Positions 13,286 through 25,514 of a stretch of 64,000 nucleotides of DNA are shown here, in pieces. A program made the position numbers and the translations under genes. The notes under the pieces were generated by a model that was not told where the DNA came from, did not search any database, and saw nothing but the letters and a program-made list of their open reading frames with translations. Source of the stretch: an uncultured Chloroflexia bacterium (lineage in GTDB: Bacteria > Chloroflexota > Limnocylindria > Limnocylindrales > CSP1-4); the NCBI GenBank assembly GCA_963713975.1, contig OY970218.1, positions 3,264,001-3,328,000 on the forward strand, in the 5' to 3' direction. Every line of letters begins with the position of its first letter. Position 1 is the first letter of the stretch.

Positions 13286-14925
13286 GCCCCCGTGTCCCCG
13301 GACGCCTCGACCTCGATCCGAGGGAACAGCGGCGTCGGCGTCCCGATCACGCGACCCGCCTCCGGAGCCGCGCCCCACGCGAGGTGCTCGAGCACGTCGG
13401 GGCCGCCGTTGCCGTCGGGGCCGTAGGCCCAGCCGTAGCCAAGCTGCTCGAGGATTCGAGGGGCCGCGGAGGGCATGAACGGCGCCACCGCGAGACCCAC
13501 CAGCCGGCACGCCTCGACGAGGTCACCCAGGACCGCCCCGAGCCGCTCCGCCGAAGCCTCGTCGCCGGCCTTTGCCTGCTTGTTGAGCGTCCACGGCTGC
13601 TCGGCATCGACGGTCTTGTTGGCACCGCCCACGAACTCCCACAACTCGGCCAGCGCGTCGTGCAACAGGTAGCCGTCGATTCGTTCGCGGAACTGGTGCA
13701 GCGTGTCTGCCCAGCCCTCGGCGAGGGGCGAGTCCCCGGCCGCTCGCGGTGTCGGCCGCTCTCCGCCCAGATACCGGTTCACCATCGACACCGTGCGGTT
13801 GACGAGGTTGCCGAAGTCGTTCGCGAGGTCCGCGTTGTAGCGGCGGACGAACGAATCCCATGAGACGTCGGTGTCCTTGTCGAACGCCACCTCGCGGAGG
13901 GTCACGTAGCGAGCGCCATCGGCGCCGAAGGCGGCCACGACGGCGTGCGGGTCGAGGAAGTTGCCCCGGCTCTTGCTCATCCGTTCGCCCTGGACCAGGA
14001 GCCAGCCATGCACCCAGACGTGATCCGGGGCATCGATGCCCGCCGACCACAGCATCGCGGGCCAGTAGATCGTGTGGAACCGCGCGATGTCCTTGCCGAT
14101 GACGTGGAGGTCTGCCGGCCACCACTTCTGGAACAGCTCCAGGTCGTCCGGGTAGCCGGCGCCCGTGATGTAGTTGATCAACGCGTCGTACCAGACGTAG
14201 ATCGTGCCCGCGCTCGGGTCCCAGGTGCCGTCGGGGAGCTCCGACGAGGTGCCATCGTCGCGGATCGGGAACGGGATGCCCCAGGTCGCGCCCGCACGGC
14301 TGATCGAGAAGTCCTCGAGGCCCTGGCGGATGAAGCCCAGCATCTCGTTGCGCCGGTAGTCCGGCTGGACGAAGTGCGGGTTCGCCTCGTAGTAGTCCAG
14401 CAGTCGCTGCTGGTAGGCCGACAAGCGGAAGAACCAGTTGCGCTCGGACAGCCACTGGAGCGGCACGCCTGGGTGGTTGGGGCACTGCATGCCCGTCGCC
14501 GTCTCGTGCAGGTCCGACGGGGCCTTGAAGCCCTCGGACGGGCAGTACCAGCCGTCGTAGCTGCCGAGGTAGATGTCGCCGTTGTCGTAGGCGCGGCGGA
14601 CCATCTCCTGTGCGGACCGGTAGTGATCCGGGTCCGTGGTCCGGATGAACCGGTCCGGGCTGATCAGCAGCGCGTCCTCGGCCGCCTTGAACAGGCCGAC
14701 CTTCTCGTCCACGAACTCGCGCGGCGTCTGGCCTGCCGCCTCGGCCGACTGCGCGATGTTGACGCTGTGCTCGTCCGTGCCCGTCAGAAACCGGGTGTCG
14801 TCGCCCTGCATCCGGTGCCAGCGCGCGATGACATCGGCGCCGATGACCTCGTACACGGTGTGCAGGCCGGGCGCGTTGTTCGCATAGGCGATGGCGGTGG
14901 TCAGGTAGAAACGGCGGTCGGACAT
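13282..14925 (-). CDS. metG: Methionyl-tRNA synthetase, short form without C-terminal tRNA-binding domain
   Basis: [44 protein letters not shown]. Confidence 0.95.
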   Translation of the reverse strand: MSDRRFYLTTAIAYANNAPGLHTVYEVIGADVIARWHRMQGDDTRFLTGTDEHSVNIAQSAEAAGQTPREFVDEKVGLFKAAEDALLISPDRFIRTTDPDHYRSAQEMVRRAYDNGDIYLGSYDGWYCPSEGFKAPSDLHETATGMQCPNHPGVPLQWLSERNWFFRLSAYQQRLLDYYEANPHFVQPDYRRNEMLGFIRQGLEDFSISRAGATWGIPFPIRDDGTSSELPDGTWDPSAGTIYVWYDALINYITGAGYPDDLELFQKWWPADLHVIGKDIARFHTIYWPAMLWSAGIDAPDHVWVHGWLLVQGERMSKSRGNFLDPHAVVAAFGADGARYVTLREVAFDKDTDVSWDSFVRRYNADLANDFGNLVNRTVSMVNRYLGGERPTPRAAGDSPLAEGWADTLHQFRERIDGYLLHDALAELWEFVGGANKTVDAEQPWTLNKQAKAGDEASAERLGAVLGDLVEACRLVGLAVAPFMPSAAPRILEQLGYGWAYGPDGNGGPDVLEHLAWGAAPEAGRVIGTPTPLFPRIEVEASGDTGA

Positions 14926-14981
14926 GGCCGCTCGATGGTAGCAGCGCGTCGGCCCACGACGGCGGGGTGTTGGGCCCGCGC

Positions 14982-17225
14982 TCAGTGCCGGAAGTGGCGG
15001 GTCCCGGTCACCACCATCGCGGCCCCGGCGTCCTCGACCAGGGCCAGCACCTCGGCATCACGCATCGAGCCGCCGGGCTGGATGATGGCGGTCACGCCGG
15101 CATCGAGCAGGACCTTCGGCCCGTCGGCGAACGGGAAGAAGGCGTCCGATGCGGCGACGGCACCGCTCGCTCCAGACTCGCCCTGAAACTGGCGCGCCTT
15201 CTCCACCGCGCCGCGGCAAGCATCCACGCGGCTGACCTGGCCGGAGCCGAGACCCACCAGCATCCCATCACGCACGAGCAGGATCGCGTTCGAGACGACG
15301 CCCCGGCACAGGCGCCAGGCGAGGTCCATGTCGCGCCGCTCGGCCTCGGTGGGCTGGCGGGTCGTCGTGCAGGACCATCCGGCCGTGTCGTCGGGGAGGG
15401 TGTCCGGAGCCGTGACCAGCACGCCACCACCCGCGGTCCGGAACGAACCGAGCGGATCGGCGGTCGCGAGGTGCGCACCGGACCCCAGCGACGTATCGAC
15501 GACGAGGCGCAGGTTCGGCTTGGTCGCGAGCACCTCGCGGGCACCCTCGTCGAACCCGGGCGCGACAATGACCTCGAGGAAGATCGAGACGAGGCGCTCG
15601 GCCAGGGCCCGGTCCACGGTCCCGGTGATCGCCACGACGCCGCCAAAGGCCGACACGGGATCGCCGGCCAGCGCCGCCTCCCAGGCCCCGAGCAGGGTTG
15701 ATCGTTCTGCGGCGCCGCACGGGTTGGTGTGCTTCATGACCACGACCGCCGGGCCGCGCATGAGGCGGGCGAGGGCCGCCGCGGCGGAGGCGTCCAGCAC
15801 GTTGTTGTACGAGAGGGCCTTGCCCTGCAGCGCGGGGCCTCCACCGGCGAACGGACCCTCGGCGGGGCGAGGCTCTCGGTCCGTCCGACGATAGCGGGCG
15901 GCGGGCTGGTGGGGGTTCTCGCCGTAGCGGAGGGTGTCCACCTTCTCCATCGAGATGGTGAGCACAGGCGGGTACGGATCCTCCGCGCCGGGCAGGCCGG
16001 GCTCGGGCGGCAGCGCCACCCCGGCGTCGGCCATCCGGCCCGGCAGCTCGGCCGCGATCCGCGCGTCGTAGGCCGCCGTGTGCCGGAACGCCTCCACCGC
16101 GAGGGCGGACCGGAGGCCCAGCGGCAGCTCACCATGCTCTTCGAGCGCCGCCAGGACGGCGTCGTACCGCGCGGGCGAGGTGACGATGGCGACGCTGGCG
16201 TGGTTCTTGGCCGCGGCGCGCACCATCGACGGCCCGCCGATGTCGATCTCCTCGACCAGGTCGTCGAACGAGAGCCCGGGCCGCCGGGCCGCCTCCGCGA
16301 ACGGGTAGAGGTTGACGACGACGAGGTCGAACGGGGCGATGCCGGCGGCGAGGAGCGCCTCGCGGTGATCCGCGCGTCGGCGGTCCGCCAGGAGGCCGCC
16401 GTGGACCCGCGGGTGGAGCGTCTTGATCCGGCCGTCGAGCATCTCGGGGAAGCCAGTCACCGCGGCCACGTCCGTGACCGGGAGGCCCACCTCGCGCAGC
16501 GCCATGGCCGTGCCGCCGGTGGACACCAGCTCCCAGCCACGCGCCACCAGCCCGCGCCCGAGGTCCGCCAGCCCGGACTTGTCGCTCACCGAGAGCAGGG
16601 CACGACGTGGGACCGGCATCCGAGCGTCCGCGACGGCCGTGTCAAAGGTCGCGCGGCGCGCGCCATCGGCAACGATGAGCGACCCGGACAGCAACTCCGC
16701 GACAGCCGCCGGCAGCAGGCGGTGCTCCACCGGGTGGATCCTCGCGAGAAGCGACTCCTCGGTGTCGCCGGGGAGGACGGGCACGGCCTCCTGGGCCACG
16801 ATCGGCCCACCATCGAGCGTCGCGTCCACGATGTGCACGGTGACGCCCGTGACGGCCACCCCGGCCGCGAGCGCGTCGCGCGCTCCGTGCAGTCCCGGGA
16901 ACGACGGCAGCAGCGACGGGTGCACGTTGAGGATCCGCCCGGCGAACGATGCGAGCACCGCGGGACCGACGAGCCGCAAATACCCCGCGAGCACGACGAC
17001 GTCGAGCGCCTCCGCGACCAGGGTCTCCGCCAGGACCGCGTCGTCACCACCGGGAACCAGGACCGTGTCGATCCCCTGCTCCGCCGCCCAGTCCATGCCG
17101 GGGCACGCGCGGTCCGCGAACACGAGGACGACCTCGCCGCCCAGCACGCCACGCCCGGCCGCGGCGACGAGCGCCCGCAGGTTGGACCCGCTGCCCGAGA
17201 CTCCGACCGCGGTCCGTCCGCTCAC
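14982..17225 (-). CDS. purH: Fused GAR transformylase (PurN) + AICAR transformylase/IMP cyclohydrolase (PurH)
   Basis: N-terminal [21 protein letters not shown] (PurN), then [43 protein letters not shown] (PurH) in one frame. Confidence 0.95.
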   Translation of the reverse strand: MSGRTAVGVSGSGSNLRALVAAAGRGVLGGEVVLVFADRACPGMDWAAEQGIDTVLVPGGDDAVLAETLVAEALDVVVLAGYLRLVGPAVLASFAGRILNVHPSLLPSFPGLHGARDALAAGVAVTGVTVHIVDATLDGGPIVAQEAVPVLPGDTEESLLARIHPVEHRLLPAAVAELLSGSLIVADGARRATFDTAVADARMPVPRRALLSVSDKSGLADLGRGLVARGWELVSTGGTAMALREVGLPVTDVAAVTGFPEMLDGRIKTLHPRVHGGLLADRRRADHREALLAAGIAPFDLVVVNLYPFAEAARRPGLSFDDLVEEIDIGGPSMVRAAAKNHASVAIVTSPARYDAVLAALEEHGELPLGLRSALAVEAFRHTAAYDARIAAELPGRMADAGVALPPEPGLPGAEDPYPPVLTISMEKVDTLRYGENPHQPAARYRRTDREPRPAEGPFAGGGPALQGKALSYNNVLDASAAAALARLMRGPAVVVMKHTNPCGAAERSTLLGAWEAALAGDPVSAFGGVVAITGTVDRALAERLVSIFLEVIVAPGFDEGAREVLATKPNLRLVVDTSLGSGAHLATADPLGSFRTAGGGVLVTAPDTLPDDTAGWSCTTTRQPTEAERRDMDLAWRLCRGVVSNAILLVRDGMLVGLGSGQVSRVDACRGAVEKARQFQGESGASGAVAASDAFFPFADGPKVLLDAGVTAIIQPGGSMRDAEVLALVEDAGAAMVVTGTRHFRH

Positions 17226-18346
17226 GCTGATGCCTCCCTGTACCGGCCGCCGTTCGAGGCCGCGTCGACCACCTCACCCACGATCCAGGCCGGGACCCCT
17301 CGGCCGCGCGCCAGCTCCACGGCGAGCGTCGCAGCCTCCGTCGGCACCACGACCACCATGCCCAGGCCGCCGTTGAACGTCGCCCGCAGCTCGGCGTCCG
17401 CGATTCGGCCCAGGGCACCAAGCGTTCGCAAGATCGACGGCATCGGCCAGGTCGAGGGATCCACACGCGCGCCAAGGTGCCCGGGGAGCGCCCGGGGCAC
17501 GTTGCCCGGCAGCCCGCCGCCGGTGATGTGGGCCATGCCCCGGACCTCGTGTCCGGCGGCGTCGAGGCCGGCACGGATCGCGAGCATGTCCCGGGCATAG
17601 ATCCGGGTGGGCGTCAGCAGCACCTCGCCGAGGGTCAGGGAGACGAGCTCGTGGCCGACGAGGGCCCGGGCTGCGGCCTCGGTGCAATCGAACGCTCCGG
17701 CGACGGCGGCCACGTACCCGATCTCGAGGGGCAACCCGTGCTCCGCGAGCAGCGTCCGGACCAGCGAGTACCCGTTGGCATGGAGCCCGGAGGACGCGAG
17801 CCCGACGATCGCATCGCCGGCGCGCGCCGCTGTCCCGTCGAGGAGGCGCGACCGCTCCCCCACCCCGATGCAGAACCCCGCGAGGTCGAACTCATCTGGC
17901 TCCATCAGGCCTGGATGCTCAGCCGTCTCGCCGCCGGTCAGCGCGGCACCCGCCTGCCGGCAGCCGTCCGCGACGCCCGAGACCAGCTCGGCCACACGGT
18001 CCGGGTCCAGCTTCCCGATCGCGATGTAGTCCAGGAACGCCAGCGGCTCCGCCCCGGAGCACACGACATCGTCGGCGCACATGGCGACGAGGTCGATGCC
18101 GATCGTGTCCAGCCTGCCCATCGCCGCCGCGATCGCCGTCTTGGTGCCCACGCCGTCGGTCGACGAGACGATCACGGGCTCGAGGTAGCCCGCCGGGATG
18201 GCCACCGCGGACCCGAACCCCCCGAGGCCGCCGAGGACCTCGGGCCGGCGGGTCGATGCGACCGACGCGCGCATCAGCTCGACCGCGCGCTCGCCCGCTG
18301 CGACGTCCACGCCGGCGCGCGCATAGGCCGCCCGGGCGTCGCTCAT
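17222..18346 (-). CDS. purM: AIR synthetase
   Basis: YARAGVD, TDGVGTK, GGETAE, SSGLHANG, HITGGG. Confidence 0.97.
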   Translation of the reverse strand: MSDARAAYARAGVDVAAGERAVELMRASVASTRRPEVLGGLGGFGSAVAIPAGYLEPVIVSSTDGVGTKTAIAAAMGRLDTIGIDLVAMCADDVVCSGAEPLAFLDYIAIGKLDPDRVAELVSGVADGCRQAGAALTGGETAEHPGLMEPDEFDLAGFCIGVGERSRLLDGTAARAGDAIVGLASSGLHANGYSLVRTLLAEHGLPLEIGYVAAVAGAFDCTEAAARALVGHELVSLTLGEVLLTPTRIYARDMLAIRAGLDAAGHEVRGMAHITGGGLPGNVPRALPGHLGARVDPSTWPMPSILRTLGALGRIADAELRATFNGGLGMVVVVPTEAATLAVELARGRGVPAWIVGEVVDAASNGGRYREASA

Positions 18347-18356
18347 CGGGATCGTC

Positions 18357-19805
18357 TCACGCGATCACCCCGGCGGGCGTCTCGAGCATGAACTTGCGCG
18401 AGGCCGCGTCATAGGGAACGGGCACCGGGTAGTTGCCATCGAAGCAGGCGAAGCAGAACCGGTCGTAGGGCAGGTCGAGCGCCGCGAGCACGCCGCGGAT
18501 CGAGAGGTATCCGAGCGAGTCCGCGCCGACGAACTCGCGGATCTCGTCCACCGTGTGACTGCCGGCGATCAGCTCGGTCTCGATCGACGTGTCGATGCCG
18601 TAGAAGCAGGGGTGGTAGATGGGCGGCGCGCTGATCCGGAGGTGGATCTCCTTCGCACCGTGCTTCCGGAGGAGTCCGACGATCCCCTTGGTGGTGGTCC
18701 CTCGGACGATCGAGTCGTCGACCACGATCAGACGCTTGTCGCGGATGATCTCGCGCAGGGGGCTCAGCTTGACGTTGACGCCGCGCTGGCGCATGGCCTG
18801 CGACGGCTGGATGAAGGTGCGGCCGCTGTAGCGGTTGCGGACCATCCCCTCGCGGTAGGGCAGGCCGGACGCCTCCGCGTAGCCGACAGCCGCCGGCGCA
18901 CCGGTGTCGGGCACCGGCATCACGAAGTCCGCGTCGGCCGGGTGCTCGCCGGCGAGCTGCATGCCCATCCGGCGCCGCGCGTCGTAGAGGTTGCGGCCCT
19001 CAAGATACGAGTCCGGCCGGGCGAAGTAGATGAGCTCGAAGACGCACAGGGACGGCGTGGCGGCCGCGTAACGGACGGAGACCGGGTCCCGGCCCGGCTC
19101 GAGGACCACGATCTCGCCAGGATCCACGTCGCGCACGACCTCCGCACCCACGATGTCGAGCGCCGCCGTCTCCGAGGCAAGGATCCAGCCGCCGGCGTCG
19201 TCCGCCCAGAGGCCCGGGGCGTCATCGCCACCAGGCCGTGCCAGCCGGCCAAGGACGAGCGGGCGGAACCCATGCGGGTCGCGGACCCCGATCACCCGGT
19301 GCTCGTCGAGGATCACCAACGAGAAGGCGCCGCGGACCCGAGGCAGGACACGCACGAGCGCGTCGACCGTGTCCGTGGCGGGCTCGTCCGCGAGCAGCGC
19401 GGTCAGCAGCTCCGTGTCGGTGCTGGCGGGGAGGCGGCCGCGCCCACCCTGGAGCTGCTCGAGCAGCTCGCGGGTGTTGACGAGGTTGCCGTTGTGACCG
19501 ACGGCAAGCGCACGCCTCGGTCCCAGGCGAAGGGTCGGCTGGGCATTCTCCCAGACCGTGGATCCCGTGGTGGAGTAGCGGCAGTGCGCGACGGCCAGGT
19601 CGCCCGCGAGCGATGGGATCCGCCGTTCGTCGAGGACCTGGCCCACCATGCCCAGGTCCTTGTAGATCATCAGGTGGCTGCCGTCAGATACCCCGACACC
19701 CGCGGACTCCTGGCCGCGGTGCTGGAGCGCGAACAGCGCGGTCGCCGCCACGGCGGCCGCCTCGTGGCCGCGGTTGGGCAGGACGACCCCGACCACGCCG
19801 CACAT
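18357..19805 (-). CDS. purF: Amidophosphoribosyltransferase (4Fe-4S type)
   Basis: MCG nucleophile, LQHRGQE, HNGN, VDDSIVRGTT; cluster Cys in CVFE, PCFYG and CFAC. Confidence 0.98.
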   Translation of the reverse strand: MCGVVGVVLPNRGHEAAAVAATALFALQHRGQESAGVGVSDGSHLMIYKDLGMVGQVLDERRIPSLAGDLAVAHCRYSTTGSTVWENAQPTLRLGPRRALAVGHNGNLVNTRELLEQLQGGRGRLPASTDTELLTALLADEPATDTVDALVRVLPRVRGAFSLVILDEHRVIGVRDPHGFRPLVLGRLARPGGDDAPGLWADDAGGWILASETAALDIVGAEVVRDVDPGEIVVLEPGRDPVSVRYAAATPSLCVFELIYFARPDSYLEGRNLYDARRRMGMQLAGEHPADADFVMPVPDTGAPAAVGYAEASGLPYREGMVRNRYSGRTFIQPSQAMRQRGVNVKLSPLREIIRDKRLIVVDDSIVRGTTTKGIVGLLRKHGAKEIHLRISAPPIYHPCFYGIDTSIETELIAGSHTVDEIREFVGADSLGYLSIRGVLAALDLPYDRFCFACFDGNYPVPVPYDAASRKFMLETPAGVIA

Positions 19806-22210
19806 CAGACCGTGGCCTCGGCGCCGGGCGCGGTCGCCTCGACACCCGGGAGCGCGGCCTCGGCGTCATGGCCGGCGGCTCCCTCGCCCTCCCAGCCCAG
19901 CGCGCGCGGGAGGCCGTGCTCCCAGGCGTGGCGCAGGTCCGCCACGGGCACGTCGAGCGCGTCGGCGATCCGGCTGCCCCGCTCCTCCGCCGCGCCGGTC
20001 GCACCCTCGCCGGCAAGCTCCACGACCAGGCGTGCACCCCCGGTCGTGCCCATGGCCTCCGCCGGAAGCCCGTGCGCACGTGCCAGCAGCTCGAACGCAG
20101 GGACATGACGCGGCGCCACCTCCACGATCAGGCGCGTCGGGCCCTCGCCGAACAGCGCGACGGCCGGCGAGTCGCCGACCGGCAGGCGGAGCGTCGCCCC
20201 GCGCTCGCCCCAGACGCACATCTCCGCCGCCGCCACGGCAAAGCCGCCCGCCGACACGTCCTGGCAGCTCTCGACGAGCCCGCGGGCGATGGCCTCGCGG
20301 ATGAGCGCCTGGACGCGCCGCTCGCGCTCCAGGTCCAGCGGCGGCGGGCCGTCCTCCTCCGCCGTCCCGGCGAGGCGGGCGTACTCGGAGCCGGCCAGCC
20401 CGGGCCCGGCCTCACCGACGAGGACCACGGTACTGCCGTCGGCACGGAATGCCGGGCCCACCCGGAGCGCGACGTCGTCCAGCAGACCCACGATCCCGAT
20501 CTCGGGGGTCGGGGCGATGGCCGATCCGTGCGCCTCGTTGTACAGGGACACGTTGCCGCCGGTGACCGGGAGGCCCAGGGCGACGCAGGCATCGGCGAGG
20601 CCCCGGACGCCCTCGGCCAGCTGCCAGAACGCCTCGGGCCGGGTCGGGTCGCCGTAGTTGAGGCAGTTCGTGACGCCCAGCGGTCGGGCCCCCGTGATCG
20701 ACACGTTGCGCGTCGCCTCGGCGACCGAGAGCGCGGCACCCAGCCATGGGTCAAGCGCGCTCACGGGCGCGTTGCCATCCGTCGTGGCGACCAGCGCCTT
20801 GGTGGTCCCCTTGATCCGCAGCACGGCGGCCCCGCGGCCCGGCCCGGCGACGGTGTTGGACTGGACGTTCGAGTCGTACTGCTCGAAGACCGGGTGGCGG
20901 GAGGAGAGGTTCGGTGAGCCGAGCAGGGCAAGGAGCACGGCGCCGGGGTCCTGGCCGCGCAGCGGGAGGGCATCGACCGGCTCCGCGGGGGCACCGGGGG
21001 CGGGGGCCGCGCGCCGCCGCGTCGGAGCCCGGGACTCGCGATCGAAGATGATCGCCTCCGACGCCAGGGCGCGGGCCGGCATGCGTCCCAGCTCCACGGC
21101 ACCGGCGACGGGCCGGCCATCCGCGGCGAGCGCGCCGTGACCGTCCGGCCCGGTGAGCACGACGATGTCGGGCTCTTCCGTCACCCGGCCGATGATCGCG
21201 ACCGGCAGGTCCCAGCGCTCGCAGACGGCCCGGACCGCGTCCCAGCGGTGCGGCTCGACGATCGCCACCATCCGCTCCTGAGACTCGGAGATCATGACCT
21301 CGAACGGCTCCATGCCGGGCTCCCGGCGCGGGATCGCGTCGAGGTCGACGAGGATCCCGGTGCCGCCGCGATCGGCCGTCTCGCAGGTCGCGCACGTGAT
21401 GCCCGCGGCGCCCAGGTCCTGGATGCTGACGACGAGCCCCTTGGCGATCAGCTCCAGCGTGGCCTCGATCAGCAGCTTCTCCGCGAACGGGTCGCCAACC
21501 TGCACCGAAGGGCGCTTGGACGGGTCCTGCTCGCCGAAGGTGGCCGAGGCGAGCACCGAGGCACCGCCGATGCCGTCACGACCGGTCGCCGAGCCGTAGA
21601 GGACCACGAGGTTGCCAGGGCCGTCCGCGGACGCGTGGGTCAGCATCCCGTCCTCGAGCAGGCCGATGGCCATCACGTTGACCAGCGGGTTGCCCTGGTA
21701 GGAGGGGTCGAACACCAGCTCCCCGCCCACGGTGGGCACGCCGACGCAGTTGCCGTAGCCTCCGACGCCACGAACGACGCCGTCCACCAGGTGCCGCGTC
21801 CGGGCGTCGGACGGGTCCCCGAAGCGGAGCGCGTCGAGGACGGCGATCGGCCGGGCGCCCATCGCGAAGATGTCGCGCAGGATCCCGCCGACGCCGGTCG
21901 CGGCCCCCTGGTACGGCTCCACGGCGGACGGGTGGTTATGGCTCTCGATCTTGAACGCGACCGCCAGGCCGTCGCCGATCGCGATGACCCCGGCCTGCTC
22001 GCCCACCCCCGCAACGACATCCTCGCCCTTCGTCGGGAGCGTCTTGAGCAGCGGCCGACTGCTCTTGTAGGAGCAGTGCTCGCTCCACATGACGCTGAAC
22101 ATGGCCAGCTCGAGGTCGTTGGGGTCGCGGTCCAGCTTGTCCCGCACGGCGTCGAGCTCGCCATCGGTGAGGCCCAGGGCTCGGTGCAGGGGGATCGCTT
22201 CGCCGCTCAT
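19805..22210 (-). CDS. purL: FGAM synthase subunit PurL (small type)
   Basis: [35 protein letters not shown]. Start MSGEAIP. Confidence 0.97.
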   Translation of the reverse strand: MSGEAIPLHRALGLTDGELDAVRDKLDRDPNDLELAMFSVMWSEHCSYKSSRPLLKTLPTKGEDVVAGVGEQAGVIAIGDGLAVAFKIESHNHPSAVEPYQGAATGVGGILRDIFAMGARPIAVLDALRFGDPSDARTRHLVDGVVRGVGGYGNCVGVPTVGGELVFDPSYQGNPLVNVMAIGLLEDGMLTHASADGPGNLVVLYGSATGRDGIGGASVLASATFGEQDPSKRPSVQVGDPFAEKLLIEATLELIAKGLVVSIQDLGAAGITCATCETADRGGTGILVDLDAIPRREPGMEPFEVMISESQERMVAIVEPHRWDAVRAVCERWDLPVAIIGRVTEEPDIVVLTGPDGHGALAADGRPVAGAVELGRMPARALASEAIIFDRESRAPTRRRAAPAPGAPAEPVDALPLRGQDPGAVLLALLGSPNLSSRHPVFEQYDSNVQSNTVAGPGRGAAVLRIKGTTKALVATTDGNAPVSALDPWLGAALSVAEATRNVSITGARPLGVTNCLNYGDPTRPEAFWQLAEGVRGLADACVALGLPVTGGNVSLYNEAHGSAIAPTPEIGIVGLLDDVALRVGPAFRADGSTVVLVGEAGPGLAGSEYARLAGTAEEDGPPPLDLERERRVQALIREAIARGLVESCQDVSAGGFAVAAAEMCVWGERGATLRLPVGDSPAVALFGEGPTRLIVEVAPRHVPAFELLARAHGLPAEAMGTTGGARLVVELAGEGATGAAEERGSRIADALDVPVADLRHAWEHGLPRALGWEGEGAAGHDAEAALPGVEATAPGAEATV

Positions 22211-22989
22211 GCCGCACCGCCCGGGATCGAACCCGCCGGCACCGGAGGCGTTACCCGGGTCCCGGTGATCCGGCCCGTGGCGGACCACTCCGCGGCACTG
22301 ACCACGAGCGAGCGGATGATCCCCAGGCCGTCGTCGGAGCCCAGGATCGCCTCGACGGCCGTCTCCGGGTGGGGCATCAGCCCGGCGACGTTGCCGGCCG
22401 CGTTGCGCACGCCGGCGATCCCGCGCAGTGACCCGTTGGGGTTGCCGGGATCGTCCGGTCCAGCCACGCTCCCGTCCGGGTTGGCGTAGCGCCACAGGAC
22501 GCCGCCGTCACGCTCCAACTCGTCGAGGGTCGCCTCGTCGGCGTAGTAGCAGCCCTCCCCGTGCGCGACGGGCATCCGCAGCGGGCGCCGGTCACCGAGC
22601 TCGCGCGTGAACGGGGAATTGAGGTGCTCGGGCAGCAGCGTGACCTGGCGGCACACGAACCGCAGGCCGCGGTTGCGGAGCAGGGCTCCGGGCACCAGGC
22701 CGGCCTCGGCGAGGACCTGGAAGCCGTTGCAGATCCCGAGGACGGGCCCACCGCGCCCCGCGAAGTCCGCGACGGCCCGCATCACGGGGCTGAACCGGGC
22801 GATGACCCCCGCCCTCAGGTAGTCGCCGTACGCGAAGCCGCCCGGCAGCAGCACGCCGGCCACGCCCGCAAGGTCCGCGGACTCGTGCCACAGGATCTCC
22901 GGGTCCGCGCCGGCCACCCGCAGGGCGTTGACCGCGTCGATGTCGCGGTTGGAGCCCGGGAACAGGACGATGCCGACCCGCACCGTCAT
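22207..22989 (-). CDS. purQ: FGAM synthase glutaminase subunit
   Basis: [29 protein letters not shown]. Confidence 0.97.
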   Translation of the reverse strand: MTVRVGIVLFPGSNRDIDAVNALRVAGADPEILWHESADLAGVAGVLLPGGFAYGDYLRAGVIARFSPVMRAVADFAGRGGPVLGICNGFQVLAEAGLVPGALLRNRGLRFVCRQVTLLPEHLNSPFTRELGDRRPLRMPVAHGEGCYYADEATLDELERDGGVLWRYANPDGSVAGPDDPGNPNGSLRGIAGVRNAAGNVAGLMPHPETAVEAILGSDDGLGIIRSLVVSAAEWSATGRITGTRVTPPVPAGSIPGGAA

Positions 22990-23285
22990 CCGCCGAGACC
23001 CGCCATGGCCGGCGCCGGTGCCTCGCCCAGCGCCTCGACCTCGTAGCGCTCCATCAGCGGGTTGGACAGCAGGTCCGACGCCAGCCGGTCCACGACCGCG
23101 CGGGCGGCGGCCTCATCGGCTGCGCTGACGCTCATCTCCACCCGGCGGCCCACGCGGACGCCGCTGACGCCGGCGATGCCAAGATGGGGGAGGCTGCGCT
23201 CGACGGCCTTGCCCTGCGGATCCAGGATGCCGGTCTTGGGGGTGACGTTGACGGCGTAGCGGTAGGTGCGGCTCAGCTCGCTCAT
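22986..23285 (-). CDS. purS: FGAM synthase subunit PurS
   Basis: ILDPQG, VRVGR, LLSNP; lies between purC and purQ. Confidence 0.95.
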   Translation of the reverse strand: MSELSRTYRYAVNVTPKTGILDPQGKAVERSLPHLGIAGVSGVRVGRRVEMSVSAADEAAARAVVDRLASDLLSNPLMERYEVEALGEAPAPAMAGLGG

Positions 23286-24199
23286 CGGGCGATGACGTCC
23301 TCCGACAGGTAGCGGGCGAAGGTCGCCCCGGTGATGCGTTCAAATGCCTCCACGTAGCGCGAGCGGGTGCCCGCCACCACGTCGTCCGGGAGCTCCGGCC
23401 CCGGCGCCGTCTTGTCCCACGGCTGCTGCTCCAGCCAGTCGCGGACGTACTGCTTGTCGTAGCTGGCCTGGGCCCGGCCCGGCTCGTAGGTCTCGGCGTC
23501 CCAGAAGCGCGAGGAGTCCGGCGTCATCACCTCGTCGATCAGGAGCAGCTCCCCACTCGGCAGCAATCCGAACTCGAACTTGGTGTCCGCCAGGATGATC
23601 CCGACCCGTTCGCACAGCGCAGACCCGCGTGCGTAGAGGTCGAGCGAGATCGACCGGAGCCGGTGCGCGAGCTCCTCGCCGATGAGCTCGGTCACGTGTT
23701 GGATCGTCACGTTCTCGTCGTGCTGCCCTTCGGGCGCCTTCCAGGCCGGCGTGAAGACCGGCGCCGGGAGACGCTGGCTCTCGATCAGACCCTCGGGGAA
23801 CCCGATCCCGCACACGGCCCCGGTTGCCTGGTACTCCTTCCACCCGGAGCCCGACAGGTAGCCACGCACGACGCACTCCACCGGGAGGACGTCGGTCCGC
23901 CGGCCCAGCATGATCCGGCCGCGCAGGCCGGCGAGCAGGCCCGCATCGCCCCGGGTCAGCTCCTCGGGCAGCGCCGCGGGATCCGTCGAGAGCAGGTGGT
24001 TCGCGACGATGTCGCCCGTGTGCGAGAACCAGAAGCGCGACAGCCCCGTCAGGATCCTCCCCTTGTCCGGGATGGGCGTCGGCAGGACGACGTCGAAGGC
24101 GGACAGGCGGTCGCTGGCCACGAGGAGGAGGCGCCCCTCATCAATGGCATACAGGTCGCGAACCTTGCCGGACCGGACAAATGCCTCATCCAGCGGCAT
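23282..24199 (-). CDS. purC: SAICAR synthetase
   Basis: GKVRDLY, SDRLSAFD, ADTKFEFG, DEVMTPDSSRFW, YDKQ. Confidence 0.97.
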   Translation of the reverse strand: MPLDEAFVRSGKVRDLYAIDEGRLLLVASDRLSAFDVVLPTPIPDKGRILTGLSRFWFSHTGDIVANHLLSTDPAALPEELTRGDAGLLAGLRGRIMLGRRTDVLPVECVVRGYLSGSGWKEYQATGAVCGIGFPEGLIESQRLPAPVFTPAWKAPEGQHDENVTIQHVTELIGEELAHRLRSISLDLYARGSALCERVGIILADTKFEFGLLPSGELLLIDEVMTPDSSRFWDAETYEPGRAQASYDKQYVRDWLEQQPWDKTAPGPELPDDVVAGTRSRYVEAFERITGATFARYLSEDVIAR

Positions 24200-25514
24200 C
24201 GGCAGCCACCTTCCTCTCCAGCGCGTCGAGACGCGCGATCACCGCGGGCACGTGACGCAGGACGGCGTCGTCATCGAAGCAGGCGTCGAGATCGGCCAGC
24301 GGCAGTTTCGCGGCGACGGCGGCGTCGGTCGCCAGGAGCCCCTTGAGCGACACGCGCTCGTCGGCCGCCCGCAGCGCGTTCCGCTGGACCACGGCGTACG
24401 CGTCCTCGCGCGACAGGCCGGCCTTGTCGACGAGGGCGACCAGGACCCGGGACGAGGCGTGGAGCCCGAGGCCGATCTCGATGTTCTCGCGCATCCGCTC
24501 CGGTCGCACCACGAGGCCGTCCACCAGCCCGGTCGTCTTCGCAAGCATGTAGTCGAGCAGAATCGTGGCGTCGGGCAGGATCACCCGCTCCGCAGAGCTG
24601 TGGCTGATGTCGCGCTCGTGCCACAGCGGCTGGTTCTCGAGCGCCGTGTGGGCGTAGCCCCGGAGCAGCCGGGCGAGGCCGGCGATCCGTTCCGAGAGGA
24701 TGGGGTTGCGCTTGTGGGGCATCGCGGACGAGCCCTTCTGGCCGCGCTTGAACGGCTCCATGACCTCCGCGATCTCGGTGTGCTGGAGGTTGCGGACCTC
24801 CGTAGCCAGGCGCTCCAGGGTGCCACCGAGGATCGCGATGGCCGCCAGGAACGCGGCGTGCCGGTCCCGCTGGACGATCTGGGTGCTGACCGGGTCCACC
24901 CGCAGGCCGAGGTCCGCGAGCACCTCCGCCTCGAGGTCCGGGGACAGGTGGCTGTAGGTCCCCACCGGGCCGCTGATCTTGCCGGTGGCGATCTCCGCCG
25001 TGGCGGCCGACAGGCGCTCCCTGCCGCGGGCGACCTCGAAGGCCCAGCCGGCGCACTTGAGGCCGAATGTCGTGGGCTCCGCGTGTACGGAGTGCGTCCG
25101 ACCCATCATGACGGTCCCGGCCTCCCGCCGGGCACGCGCGATGAGCGCCAGCGTGAGCCGGTCGGCATCCGCGACGAGCCGCTCCCCGGCCGCGCGGAGC
25201 TGGAGCGCGAGGGCCGTGTCCACCACGTCGCTGCTGGTCAGGCCCAGGTGCAGATAGCGTCCGTCGGGCCCCACCGTCTCGGCGACCTGGCTGACAAACG
25301 CGATGACGTCGTGGTCGGTGGTCGCCTCGATCTCGGCGATCCGGTCCACGTCGACGCGTGCCGAAGCCTCGATGGCGGCGAGCGCGGCGGCAGGCACCAG
25401 GCCCCGGGCAACCTGCGCCCGGCAGACCGCAACCTCCACCTCCAGCATCCGTTCGAAGCGGGCCTGGTCGGACCACAGGGCGCCCATCTCCGGCAGTGTG
25501 TAGCGGCGGATCAC
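24186..25514 (-). CDS. purB: Adenylosuccinate lyase
   Basis: HDVIAF, HLGLTSSD, GRTH, GSSAMPHKRNP. Confidence 0.97.
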   Translation of the reverse strand: MIRRYTLPEMGALWSDQARFERMLEVEVAVCRAQVARGLVPAAALAAIEASARVDVDRIAEIEATTDHDVIAFVSQVAETVGPDGRYLHLGLTSSDVVDTALALQLRAAGERLVADADRLTLALIARARREAGTVMMGRTHSVHAEPTTFGLKCAGWAFEVARGRERLSAATAEIATGKISGPVGTYSHLSPDLEAEVLADLGLRVDPVSTQIVQRDRHAAFLAAIAILGGTLERLATEVRNLQHTEIAEVMEPFKRGQKGSSAMPHKRNPILSERIAGLARLLRGYAHTALENQPLWHERDISHSSAERVILPDATILLDYMLAKTTGLVDGLVVRPERMRENIEIGLGLHASSRVLVALVDKAGLSREDAYAVVQRNALRAADERVSLKGLLATDAAVAAKLPLADLDACFDDDAVLRHVPAVIARLDALERKVAADAAG

